Assembly: GCA_028023455.1 (NCBI GenBank)
Contig: JAQFVV010000001.1
Coordinates: 10,168,001 to 10,232,000, forward strand
Length of the DNA: 64,000 nt
Origin: Epiperipatus broadwayi
Taxonomy: Eukaryota > Animalia > Onychophora
Reading direction: 5' to 3'
Shown: positions 39,430-52,199 of the stretch, in pieces
Layout of the letters: every line of letters starts with the position of its first letter
Numbering within the stretch: position 1 is the first letter of the stretch
Notes under the pieces: model-generated
Seen by the model: only the letters and a program-made list of their open reading frames with translations
Told to the model about the DNA's origin: nothing
Databases searched by the model: none
Made by a program: the position numbers and the translations under genes

Positions 39430-42150
39430 TTTTTTATTATTATTATCATCATAATAATCATCATCATCAACCATTTCAATCCAGTGCAGGATGAAGATTT
39501 TTCCAAGTTCAATTTAATTTCTCCATCCATAATACCAAATCTCTACATCATACCAGAAAACTTCCTTATTTCATTCATAACATATTATGTGTGATTTCAC
39601 AATCTCTTGGAAACTGCCCATCTATTGTCCCTGCTAACATTATGTCCAACCCAGATCCATTTGTCTATTAAGTTTGTCAATAATATCAGTGATACTCATT
39701 TCTTTTTCACCCATGTATTTTGTTTTCAATTTCTTCTTGTTAATCCTAACATATGTCTTTTTATACTTCATTGAGTGGTCTGTTGTTAAGTTCCCAAGTC
39801 TCAGATCCATAAATAATTGCTGGTAAAAGATATCTATTAAAAATATTTATCAAAAAACGTAGGTATAGTTTCTTTTAGTACCAAGTTATTTCTGCTTAAA
39901 GCACTCTATCCAAGTCTAATTCCATAATTAATTCCATCTATTATAATTCCATATGTATTAATAAGGTAACCAACATGCTTGTAATCACTAATTTCTAATT
40001 CATGATACCAATCTTCATTAAACACTAATTTAGTCTTTACCTTTAATACTACTCTCTACTTTCACCTGATAATTCTTGAAGCATTATTTTCAAAAAACAA
40101 ACACATAATTATAAAATCTAGGTGTCTTAAATAATCTCAAATTATTTTTAGCTTCTCATTTTAATCCACAAAATACTTCTTAGAACTACTGTCAAAAGTT
40201 GTGGAAATATGGAATCATTTTGTCATATATTATTCTCAACTTTAATCTTAATATTACCATGTAATCTAATCAATGCTCCAGAATATGACAAATATCTTGG
40301 GTATTTTAGTGATCCAAAACTTTAATTACCATGAAAGTGATTATTGAATCAAATCCAAAGCATAATATCAACTCACATTTATTGGTTCTTTCTTTAACGT
40401 CTATGAATATCTGGATGTAATTTGATATGATAAAAACACTTTTAATTCCCATTTGTTTTTTAAGTAGATTATAATCCAAAGTTTTCTGTGAATGAATTGT
40501 AATTATCTTGATAAAGATTTCATATAAAACTGGTAGAAAATTGATAGGGTCTGAAATTTTTAATATCTCCTTTACCACCTTTCTTAAATATCAATATTAC
40601 TATTGCATTCTTCCAATCACCTGCACAACTTTATCATTTAGATATTTAATAAATAGATTTGTCAACAATTTTACTATTTCTTCACTTATTTGTTTTTAAG
40701 ATGTTAAAATAATTCCATCATTTTCTGGAACTTTTCATATCTCATTTCTTCATTTAAAATGTCAAGCAATTCCAAGATGCAATAACTGTAGACAAGATTT
40801 TGGTTTCTTGCCCTTTATTACTATATAATTTTTTATAGAATTTTCCCACATATTTCAGATCCATTTTTTCTTCTTATTGCAGAAATAATTTTTTTTCCAA
40901 TACCATAATAGTGCTTCACATTTTAGAGACTTTTATTCTGTTCTATAGGATTTTTTGCCAATTCACAATTATATTTTAATACATCATTATTATTATTTTT
41001 TTCCATATCATTTTACAAAACTCTAAATATTCAATTTTTTTTAATAAATCAATTTTTAAAATTTTCATATACCTTCTCTTCATACAGTAATCTTTGTCTC
41101 AGTAGAAAATTTGCAAGCAATTTGCTCCTTTTTTGTAAAGTTATTTTTCTTACATTTCCTAACAGAGTTATCTTCTTACTGATTTCAATCAAGCTTGAAC
41201 CATTTTTAAAATCTGTTAATATTTTAAATGATTTTCCAAGTTCTTATTTAAATTTATTGTAGTGTTTCTAAAGATTAGAAAATTAACTGTTAGTACATAT
41301 TCTTACTAATTTTTGTCTCTTTGGTTTTGCATCAACATGTTAATAGTGATATTCTTATTTTACAGATAATAGATTCTGAAAAATTATTCATCCTCATCAC
41401 AGAAGTATCTATTTGAAAAAAAATTAAATATAAGTATAAACTAAATGTCATACACTCACTTATATAACTTGAAACTGACAATAGATGAATTTAAAGTACA
41501 TTGTTAATAGTTTTTATATCTCTGGTTTAGTATCATATATCTCACTAATTGATGATCACTTTCTATATTGAATCTATTAAAAACATTACAAACTTGAAAT
41601 ATATATTTTCTGTTAATTGAAATATAATTGAATTCTATTGTATCTTCACTTGAATGCTACTATGTATTTTTCAACATTTTTCTCAAAAAAATAAATTATA
41701 ATGCATAGTTTTTCTGTATATCCCTTCTGCATTTTCTTTCATTTCTATCACTATCACTATAACCAAATTTATCCACAACATTTTCATCTTTCACTCATTT
41801 AACAATTTTACCATAAAATCTTCCAGGGTAATTTTAAAATATTGTTTAATGTAATGAAAAGCATTTTGTACATTTATATAAATATCTTCTACTTTCTCAT
41901 CAAAAACTTGAACTATCTATATTTGCATCCACTAATTTGAATAACTAATAATGCAAAACACTCTGTTTGATATATCATCAACCTCCGTAATACTGTTTTT
42001 CTACCTTTTCCTTTATAATAAAAAAAATTTCTACTTTTTAAATCAAATTTTCTCTTCCCTCTTCTTCTAACTTTACAAACTCTAACTAGATAAATAATTC
42101 ATCTTTCAATTCAGGAAATTTTCCTCCATTTAAAAGTAGTCTGAAATAGT
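39430..42150 (-). mobile_element. Old, degenerate RTE-like LINE
   Basis: (GAT)n/(TAA)n tail near 39430-39470; KWIWVGHNVSRDNRW (cf. KWRWAGH..R.DxRW) near 39640; ORF 40306-40578 DPINFLPVLYEIFIKIIT…QMGIKS…FDSI (cf. RPISLLPVLYKIFTKII…QAGFRS…AFDSI); faint EN-like remnants to ~42100. 5' boundary approximate. Confidence 0.65.
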
Positions 42151-42441
42151 AGATGCTTTCATAAAAAAATTATCATTGAATGGCAGCAGCCTTGTTCCGC
42201 AATCAAATAATACATATTACGCCTCTGCCTTTCATTGCCAACTGTTGTCTTACTGGTTACTTTACAACCTCTTGGAATAAGGGTCATAATTTAGTTTACT
42301 TTACATAATTGTAAATATCTATTTCAAAAAATGGTCATTTATACATACATTCATCTTGTCTTTAAAAAAACTGAATTGTTTTTTTTTTTCAGGTAACTGA
42401 GAAGAAAGAATTCTAGATCCTAAATTCGGAGGTAAACTCAC

Positions 42442-42539
42442 CATACTAGCTAATGCAAATAGATCAGTTGCCCATAAAATTGACATCAAGAAATTAACTT
42501 GCTTAATTCCTTTAAGATTACAAAGAAGAATGATAAGAT
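42442..42539 (-). CDS. Candidate internal exon of an unidentified gene (98 bp)
   Basis: …TTATACAG|AT…ATG|GTGAGT with one open frame, LIILLCNLKGIKQVNFLMSILWATDLFALASM. No recognised homology. Confidence 0.25.
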
Positions 42540-42912
42540 CTGTATAAATTCTGCATTTTAATTATAAATACTGATTATTTATTCAAAATACTGATAAATT
42601 ATCATATTTGCAAATGTTTTACAAAAAGTGCTGCCAGCTTTCATATTAATCACTGTAATATTGGCTATTTTTATTATTTACAATATTTTATTATAAATAT
42701 TAGCTATTTATTTAAAATATTGTTTTTAAAATGTTTAAACCTACTGGATTGATTGTAAATCTATAAACAATGAAACAAAATTTTTGTTTTTAATGAGCTT
42801 AAATAAAAATCTAGCATCAAAATTTTTACTGCATATTGATCCTTACATTCTATAAACTACATAGACTTCCCTTGTATAAATTGTAATATATATCTAAAGT
42901 GCTCTGGGATGC

Positions 42913-43088
42913 AGTAATAGAGCAGCTGAGCAGAGTAATAAAATGATGGCATAGTACTTTTGAGAGATTATAGAACCTTCATATTCATAGCAAAATCAGC
43001 TATATAAATAGCAAAATCAGCTATGAATATGAGGACACTATAAGCCCTCAAAAGTGCTAAGCTATCATATTATTATTCTGCTATTACA
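42913..43088. repeat. Imperfect ~175-bp palindrome (MITE-like hairpin)
   Basis: Left arm AGCAGAGTAATAAAATGATGGCATAGTACTTTTGAG…CATATTCATAG versus the reverse-complemented right arm AGCAGAATAATAATATGATAGCTTAGCACTTTTGAG…CATATTCATAG. The loop holds a duplicated ATAGCAAAATCAGCTAT. Confidence 0.7.
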
Positions 43089-44563
43089 AGACCAGTACAC
43101 ATCTGAATTAATAGTAGTAATCCACTCTATTTGACATTATTCTAGAATCATCTGTGAAATATGAATAATCAAGATATTAGATGATAGTCTGCCTATTGTC
43201 CTTCATCAGTGAAGATCTGTATGCTTTTTGCTGCAAATGCCAAACTATTCTTAGGATCTGGTTCGTACTATCATTTAGTGTCCATTAATTATTTAAGTTT
43301 ATATAAATGAACCTAGGCTAGAATAAGATATACTACTGATAAAGCAAATATTAAAAGTTTAATAGAAAATCAGATGATACTTTGTTGCAACAGCTAATAG
43401 ACTTACATAAAAAATCTCAGTTTTCTTTCAAACACTTCAGATTTTCCATTATTAGTAACAATAGTTCTTATCATATCATCATATAGTATCCATATAATGT
43501 GAATACACTTCCATAGACAACCAGATTACTTTTAAATATTACATTAAATGAGGCAAATACATTGAAAAAATCAAATATTGTAATATCTAAATCAAACATT
43601 TGGTCATGATATTTTTTGCCTGCCATCTAAAACCATATTGAGACTCAGGTAAACCTGCACACATGACTGCAAACATCCTTCTTCGAAAGTATTTTTGATA
43701 TAGTGGAAACAGTGTTATCTCATGATAATATTCACTACAGATTTTTTTCTCCATTCTATAAATTGAAACAAAAATATATTAAATCACATCAGTCAAAATA
43801 CAATTCTCTATTAAGTATATTAAGTTCATTATTCGTGAGCTTTATTTTTATAAAAAATTCTAAGTATTAAAAAATGTTGAATATATTTTTTAGGAAATAA
43901 AATCTTAAAAAAGTCTAATAACAAAAGAAATATATTTTGAATATCACTCTTTAATAAAGGATAAATTAAGAACAAATTTTATTTTCAGAAAGTGTAATAC
44001 TGATTTTTTAATCTAATATTCATAAAAATGCAGACTGACAAAATAACAGAGATTCAGAAAATTAATCTGATAGACAAACAATAAACAAAATATAGTTATA
44101 TAAATTTATAAATAAATAAATAGTGAAAAAAAAAACACTTATACAAAACAGTTACATTATTAAATAGTGAATTATGATAAATAAAAAAGAATAGTTATAA
44201 TCTGAGAATTAGATATATCTAACCACAAAATATGTTCAAATGAATCCATATGGATAATGTACACATATTAAATATATATGTTTTCAATAAATTAAAAACA
44301 ATAATAATAATTTGTATGCTCTTTTTTAATAAAAAAAGAAAAAAGATACTAAATTAAATTTAAGTTTTAGTGTTAACTTTTAAAATATTTATTTACATAT
44401 GGAAAAAACTGACAGAAGTAAAATTATAATTAGTGAAATAAAAAAAAATTATCAATATGTAATTTCACTTAAAAAACTATTTTATTTTTTTTTCATAAAA
44501 ACTTAAGACAACAAAATGAAATTTAATTTAATACTGCATAAAAATGATATACATTTTTCTTAC

Positions 44564-44613
44564 AGTTGAGAGTAATTGTATTTAAACAACATTCATGTTT
44601 GAAGAAGCTATTC
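44564..44613 (-). CDS. Candidate internal exon of an unidentified gene (50 bp)
   Basis: TTTCTCTTTATCAG|G…T|GTAAGA with one open frame, NSFFKHECCLNTITLN. Phase-compatible with 42442-42539. Confidence 0.25.
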
Positions 44614-46033
44614 CTGATAAAGAGAAATAATAATAAAATTTAGTAAAAAAGAAATTTCAATAATAATAAAAAAGATATTGTGTTCTCAATATATTAAAAG
44701 TATTGTGAAAAGATTGTATTAAATAAACAAATTTTTATGAATTTTAATGGAAAAATGGTAACATTTTAATTTTGGAAATGTAAAGCATTTGCATAAAAAA
44801 GTGGATTTTTTTTTTTTTAATTTAAACAGAGTAAGTAATTTATAATAAATGAGTCATAAAATTTAAAAAATTAACAAGAAAATCCTTAGATTAGCTTCAA
44901 AATTAAGTCAACAAAATATTTCAAAATTTAAAAGAAAATAAGACTGTTTAGTTAGAAAAATATATATTTTAACTCTAATATTTTTTAAATTTAAAATGTA
45001 AAATATTTACAGAAAGTTATAAATTACAATTGGAAGACAACTCATAGATGCTTAATTAACTTCAAACAACAAAATAAAATAAAGATTAAAATAAATCAAC
45101 TTAAAAAAAAATTCATTATACAACACAAAATCAATGAAACTCATAGGGACTATCATAATACATATAGTTTTAGAAATTTATAATAGTAATTATGCCCAAG
45201 TGCAACGTTTTAATTATAATTATACTGGCTAGGTATTTAAGAATATATATGTGCTTGCTAATTATTATATACTGACTGAAAACTGTATACTATTAATGTG
45301 TGTAGATAAATTTAGTCACTAATAGATATTAAAAATTCACTCTAGACAAAATTATTATGCATAATAACTAAAATTATGCAAAATTGAAAATAATGTAGAT
45401 ATGCTAATTTGCAAAGATATAACAAAAAAAGTAATTATGCAAATTAGACAAAACAAAACATAATTGCCAATCTAGATGTGTATTTAAACAGTACTGTACA
45501 CAGAATGCAGTGTAAATAGTACCATGCTTGCAGCATAGCAGTATAAAAATATTTAGCATACCAAAGAGTGCATATAGTGCAAATTTAACAGTGAAATAAT
45601 ATTCAGTATTATAGTTCAAGACAATAAAAAACTGTGTATGAAGGTACTATAAAAGAGAAAAGTACAAATAAATACAATTGTAGACGAAACACAAGAAGAT
45701 TTAATAATTATATATGCAAGTTAACTTAATGCAAAACAACCATAAAACTATTAATTGAAGTACTAACATTTAGTAATATTACATATTAAGAGTAATAAAC
45801 TCTTTGTTAAGTTTAAGTTTGGGTATGTATTTATTTTCCAAAAATTTATTAATGAATGTACAGCTGGCTTAGATCATTCTGGCCCTTGTACACATCATTT
45901 ATAATTTTTTAACACAAAAAAGAGGGTACAACAAACATGCTGCTTATTCTGAGGGAATATTAAGGCAACAGAAATTATACTAATTTAAGTTTTTAACATA
46001 ATTATGTAGCAACATTTTGAGACTGATTGTATT

Positions 46034-46117
46034 TTTATGAAAGGCTAATGGCTTAAAATTGTGCAATATATATATATATATATATTGCACAATTTTAAGC
46101 CATTAGCCTTTCATAAA
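46034..46117. repeat. Perfect 84-bp palindrome centred on (TA)n
   Basis: TTTATGAAAGGCTAATGGCTTAAAATTGTGCAATATATATAT followed immediately by its exact reverse complement. Confidence 0.95.
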
Positions 46118-46699
46118 TATATATATATATAATAAATAGTTACTATTTATTGAACACCTCTTGGAAAGAACACATATAGGATTAAAATCAAATAAATTTA
46201 GAGATGGTATATTGTTTTCAAAAACAATACCTTGCAAAAAGTTGAAGATTATAGCACAAAAGATTTTGGAATCTAGATAAACTTTTGGCAATAAAAAGTG
46301 ATATCCAGTGATTCAATAGTGGCTAAATTGCCTTCTTTATATTATCATAAAAAAACAAGTTAATGAATTTGATATTTTGATGATTGATTAATATAAGCAT
46401 AATAAATAAAAAAATCTGTACAACAAATTATTCTAATGTAAGATATTACATTTAACAAAATAAGTGAAATTGATATAGTTTTAAATGATGGATTTATTAA
46501 TAGCAATATACTTTCTAGTATTAAAGAAGGATGAAAATTGTTTGGAATAGATTTAATTCCAAGAATCTCTACAAATGGGATATTAAGTTAGATAGATTGA
46601 TAACTTGTTAAATGAAGAACCCCAAACACATGATTTTACCAATAAGTTTAATGTAACTATTATAATATTCATTATCTTTCAGTATGTTGTAAATGATTT

Positions 46700-47900
46700 G
46701 AATTTTTATAATAAGGTATAGAAGTCTAAGAAAAAATGGCATAATTCTAATATCAAGGAGTTGAGTAGAATACCAACAGGGAGTTGAAAGAAATAAATTA
46801 AAATATTCATAAGGCCTCAAAAGATTTATAAGATGCCATCAGTAAAAAAAAATAAAGTTGGCTGAAATAACAAGGTATGATAAAAAAAATTCTGTGATTT
46901 GTTCTAATTGTTTGATTAATGGATCCAAATACACTTCAAACAGGTATAAATAAATCAAGAAGATGCACATTAATAAGACAATTGTATATTGGAAGTACAA
47001 ACATATTGGTGTTGTTGCAATAAATGAAGATGTGTGAAAAATAAATAAGTTCATAAGATCAAAAACAGCTTTGAAGTTTTTTTAACAAATGATAAAGTCA
47101 GGCATTCAGTCACTTTAAGATAATTATTAGTAAATGCTAATTTGACCTCAATTCTTAGCAATAATATAAAGAGCATTTTTCCAGAAGGGACTTATTATGC
47201 ATTATTCAGAAGATGGAATCCATCCATTACAGAATGATTTGTCTGCTTCTCTTTCCACCACTATCTTTCAATAATTATATAATATCTTCTAGCATGATTG
47301 GGTTTAAATCACTTACTGAAGTTTATATTACTGAAGTATTCTTTTTAATATAAAATATAATGTTAGTTGACAGAATGGACAGAGCGACACTGTCTAAACA
47401 CAATTAAACAAAAGCAAAATAACAACAAAATCTAAAGATTTACAAATATTGTAAGCAAGACATATTTTAGATGACAGTTCATTAATAATTTTACCATATA
47501 TGATGTAGTGAGAAAAGTTCATCAGATTAGTGTACTGAATGGAAATAACTTGGTAATTTAACTACAGAAAGTTTAACTCTAAGATATTAAGGATTTCTAT
47601 ATTGACATAAGTACCAAAGTACTTTTTATAAGGAAAAGACAAATCTCATATGTGAATATATGGTTTAGCATAACTAATGTCATTTTAAAAAGTTTTAAAT
47701 GATTTAGAATAATCCTACACAATCATAAGGATTATATTCCTTTAATTAAGACATAAAATATGATTAGATTCAAAATATGAAGTAGCACTAACTGTGAAAT
47801 AAATGTTATCACAAAACATCTTATCTACATCTTTTTGAATCTAAATTAACAAGCAAATAAGTTCAAAAGTTATTTAGAATATTTTTAAATTTCAAACAAG
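46700..47900 (+). pseudogene. Very degenerate LINE RT-region remnant
   Basis: Weak motif order: KSKKKWHN (linker), KSSSD (cf. KSPGPD), TKVLFIRK (cf. AKVxPIPK), ITNVILKSF (cf. ISLTxVLxKxF), RFK..SST (cf. GFRxxxST). Boundaries uncertain. Confidence 0.35.
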
Positions 47901-50552
47901 ATGTTAAAAAAGATAGCTTTGCTATATTATTTATGGAAGTAATTAGCAGCTATAAATAATGTTTAGACATCATAATATATTAATTTAAAATCACTAGGAA
48001 TATTTTTCTTAATATTAAAATTATGGATAATGATGAGTTGGTTAAATCTTTGAAGTTAAATAAAATGTATGCATGATCAAAAATCATATAAAATAGAGAT
48101 AGATATTCTAAAATAAGAAATTAAATTATAAGAATACTTTTTATCAATAAAATATCTGCACCAGAGAAATATAATGAAAAAAATGATTAGAGAACTAGAT
48201 AAAAAATCTTGAAAAGCAGTACAGTAGGTAGTCATCTAAATACAAATAAAATCAGCATGATGATTAGTTATATCAAGAGTCTGTGATATTTGTGATGAGA
48301 AATAACAATTAAACAACAATATTTTTAGTTCAGCTATGGAAAAAGATAGCCATAAGATAGAATTTCTTGAATAAGTAAGTAAAAGAGATTATAATTGGAA
48401 TAACAGATAAATATATTAGTTTTTTTAAATGAAATTGTTGCATTTAATAATTCTACATCTTGAATTAACAAATGATGGTTTTATGTATAAGTATATGATC
48501 ATGATTAAAAGCTACAAGCAAGATTCAAGGCAAGAGTTTCTAAAATGTTTTTAATTAAATTATTTTGTTGGAGAAATTAAGATCATACATATTAATTGTC
48601 AATATATTTAAATGATTCATAATGTTTTTGTTTGAAGTATTTTAACTTAGCTTTTAATGTTTTATCAGTAAGATAAAAAAATAACATATTTCAATGACAT
48701 TGCACAACTAATAAAACTAACATTCAGTATATCATTTAAAATTTCCATCAATATACAAACAATCTTTATTAACACAAAACTAGATTATTCACAGAATTCT
48801 TCACTGCAACATCATGCATTTAATTTGTCAGATGAAAAGCTTTTCTGATATTTGGCAAAAAAATATTATTTTCAACAATAGATATCATTTGTAGACTCAA
48901 CAACTCAATTGTGACTTCCTGATTCAACATTTAGTTGAAGATGAGAGTTATTATACAAAATTTGAAAGTAGGTTAATGAAGAGAGGTTTACTGAAATATT
49001 ATGTGATAAAAATAATACATTATTTGTGACAATATCTGTTCACATTTATGTTGCTGACTATTAACTCACATGATTTAATTTTAATAATTTTAAGACATTT
49101 TTTGGTACAGTTTCCAGCTTTACTATGGGAGATTATATGAATTGTCTTATTTTACTGAAGGCTGTTTGCAAACATTCATATACTAATAGTGATTCTCCAA
49201 ATGCTGGTAGAAATTTTCAATGGTTTAGTGTTAGTTTTCTGAAAATACTTACAACTGACTCAATGTTTGTAATACTTTTATAAAAGATATCACCAGTGCT
49301 CAAGCAGAGTATGCATAATATAATAATATATTATTGGATTTCCATCTTTGTTAAGTAAAATTTTCTTCAGATTTAAATTTTTAATTGGATATTTTACAAA
49401 TTCACATTTTATTTGATAAAATATTTAAGTATTACACTTTGTGCTATAAATTTTACTGATTTGATCAGGACATACTTTTATAATTATAAAAAATAATCAG
49501 CTAAATATTAGTTTAGATTCACTTTAGAATCAACTGTAATTCTCTATGGCACTGATAATTAAAATAAGCATGATGAAACTGTTTACAAGAACGTACCTAC
49601 AGGCCTCTAATAATCACTTAGCTTACTAAAAGTTTGAGAAAGAGATTTATTAGTACTTGAATTAACATTATTTGACAAGACTTTGTATAATTCATTATTT
49701 TTGCTTTTCTTTTCACCTGCACAGTTTAAGTATATTTGAAAAGTATGGGAAGAAAAATATGAATTAAATCTTGTAAGCTTGATGGTAATTTTATTGGGTA
49801 CTTATGTATTAATCCGGTAGTAAGATTTCACATATGCATTAGTCTGGCAACATTTATTTTGAAAAATGATGACCAGTAACTTTATTTACTGGAAATAATA
49901 CAAATGTCTACTAACACACATTTATATTTTTTGTAAGAAATTGCCTTATCATATAAACTTATAAAGATTTTTTCTTTTGAAAAATGGGCATGTATAATTT
50001 TATTTAGTGGAAATGAAACAAACATACATTTATGTTTTTTTGTGAGAAATTAACTTCCAACTAGTAAACTTTTACCAATCTAAATTTATTACAAGTGGTA
50101 ACCAAACCAAAAAACAATAATATACATATAATTAACCATGAAATTCTGACCATTTACAAAATGTTGTTTCTTAGCATCATTGTTGTGGACTGAACTTTCT
50201 TACCTCGAATCACATACTGTTACAAATGGCTACTCTATTTTGACAATTCTGAATGAAACAATGCCATTGTTGGGCCATAAAATTAGCAGCAAAACCAATA
50301 TTTTGACTAATAAATTTCTTCACATTGGAATATTATCTAATATTCACTTACAAAATTAATTCATATCCTTTATGAAATATTATCAGTGCTGGCAATTTTT
50401 ATCACCACTGGACCAATACATAAGTACCTTTTATTTATTTTTTTCCAGAAATTTTCTAATATTTTTAAAATTCATTGCATTAGGTGGCAAATTATAAAAA
50501 AAAATCAAAAGTACCAGAAGAATCTATTTATTCAGACTACAGTAGATTATAC

Positions 50553-51286
50553 TGTTATATCTGTAAATTGTTGCCGATAAAAGTACTTTAGAAGTAAAAT
50601 TGTGGGAAAATAAAAGTTATTATTCTAAGCATAGAAAAGTATGTGCACACATAAATAAATAGAAAAAATTGAAAGGTATATAATAGTTATCTAAAAACGA
50701 GTGTTAAATTATGGCAGAAGAAAACATAGTTAAATGAAATGAGAAGGAAAAGACTAAAATTGTGTAAACTGTAAATAAACTTATGATTTAAACAGAATAA
50801 TGTTAAATCAAATTATAGAAACAAAATCCAAGATGGAAGTAAAGACTAATAAAAAGATTATGAATTCCTGAGGTGATAAAAAACCTAGAGTAATTAAAAT
50901 AACTTTTAATTAATAGACAATGGAATGCTTGAGACTAAAACGCAGTTTGGAAGGAGAAAGTGATTCATTCTTTTCCTGAGAGCCGAAGTGAGTACAAGGA
51001 CTTTGTGAAATTACATTCACTCAGGAATATCGGACGCCACCCAGCCAACTCGGGACTGAAGGTTAAAAATACTGACTAGGGTAATGTACAACCCGCCACG
51101 GGTTTATTTTTATTTCGTAAGCCTCCGGGTTTTGTAATAATATTATTGTGGGAAATCAGTAATATGTGTATTATTTAATAGACTAATTATAGATCTGTAA
51201 AATATACTAAATTGTATGTCAAATATATCTAACATTTGTTTTAAGTATTATTTGTAGTGTTTTTATTATTTTGTAAAGCCATAACA
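50553..51286 (+). repeat. 5' LTR (734 bp)
   Basis: About 97.5% identical to 55732-56465, without indels. Confidence 0.96.
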
Positions 51287-51290
51287 AAAT

Positions 51291-51303
51291 TGGTGCAGTC
51301 AGT
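51291..51303 (+). promoter_or_regulatory. Primer-binding site, tRNA-Ser type
   Basis: TGGTGCAGTCAGT equals TGGCGCAGTCGGT (complement of the insect tRNA-Ser 3' end, as recalled) with both CpGs mutated. It lies 4 nt after the LTR. Confidence 0.7.
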
Positions 51304-51379
51304 GTTCGAACTTTTGTGGGTAGATTAATGAATAGTCGGTAATAAAAAGTTTTTTTTCTTCAAGTAGCGAAAAAAAAAA

Positions 51380-52110
51380 ATGTCGATAGGGCAAGCTAGC
51401 ATCGCAGAATTCGACATAGGTTGTCCGCAGGAATGGCTGTATTATGTAATGCAGTTGCAAATTTTTTTCAAATTGAATTTAATTTGTGAAAATGAAAAGA
51501 AAGTAGCCACATTTTTCTGTCTATCAGGAGAAAGGTTATTGAAATAGTAAATAAACTTTTTCAGGGACAAATAACAGAGCTAATTAGTTATGACGAGTTA
51601 GTAAATAAGTTAACAGAATATTTCAGCCCTAAGCCATCATTATATGTAGCTAGATTAAACTTACAGAAACGAAAACAGGAGAGAAATGAATCCATTAAAG
51701 AGTATGATATCGCTCTACGTCAGCTAGCTAAAAATTGCGATTATGGCAATTTTGTAGACCAGACCTTAATAGATCAACTACTTTGGGGAATTTGCAATGA
51801 GAGAATAAGACAGTCTTTATTGTCAGAAGTAAAATTAACGTATGATAGTGCAATCCAAAAAGGGATTGTATACGAATCCGTAATAGACCAAGTAAAAGAA
51901 TTTTCTAAAAAAGGAGAAAATAGTCGAATAGAGATTTATAAAATAAACAAGTATTAAAAAAAAAGATTTTAAAACTGATAATAAGTTTCTAGTTGAATGT
52001 TTTTCTTGTGGTAAAAAAGGCCATTTGGCAAAAGAATGTAGATTTAGAAAGGAACAATGTTATAATTGCAGTGGGAAGGGCCACATAGCAAAAGTATGTA
52101 AAAAAACTCA
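51380..52110 (+). pseudogene. Gypsy gag with two CCHC zinc knuckles, frameshifted
   Basis: MSIGQASIAEFD…EWLYY…KQERNESIKEYDIALRQLAKNCDYG…DQLLWGI…RQSLL…; CFSCGKKGHLAKEC and CYNCSGKGHIAKVC. Confidence 0.9.
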
Positions 52111-52199
52111 GAAAAAATTTAAAATTAAAAAAAATAGTATTAAAAATAATAATGGACAGAATAACCAAGATCAGATGTTTTTACAAATTTTAATATTTC

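Noticed and set aside
42393-42431. Plus-strand segment with strong acceptor and donor
   Set aside because: All three frames contain stops.
43215-43260. MLFAANAKLF resembling the CR1/L2 RT motif LLFADDAKLF
   Set aside because: Single motif; I could not find flanking RT motifs in order, so it is too weak to list.
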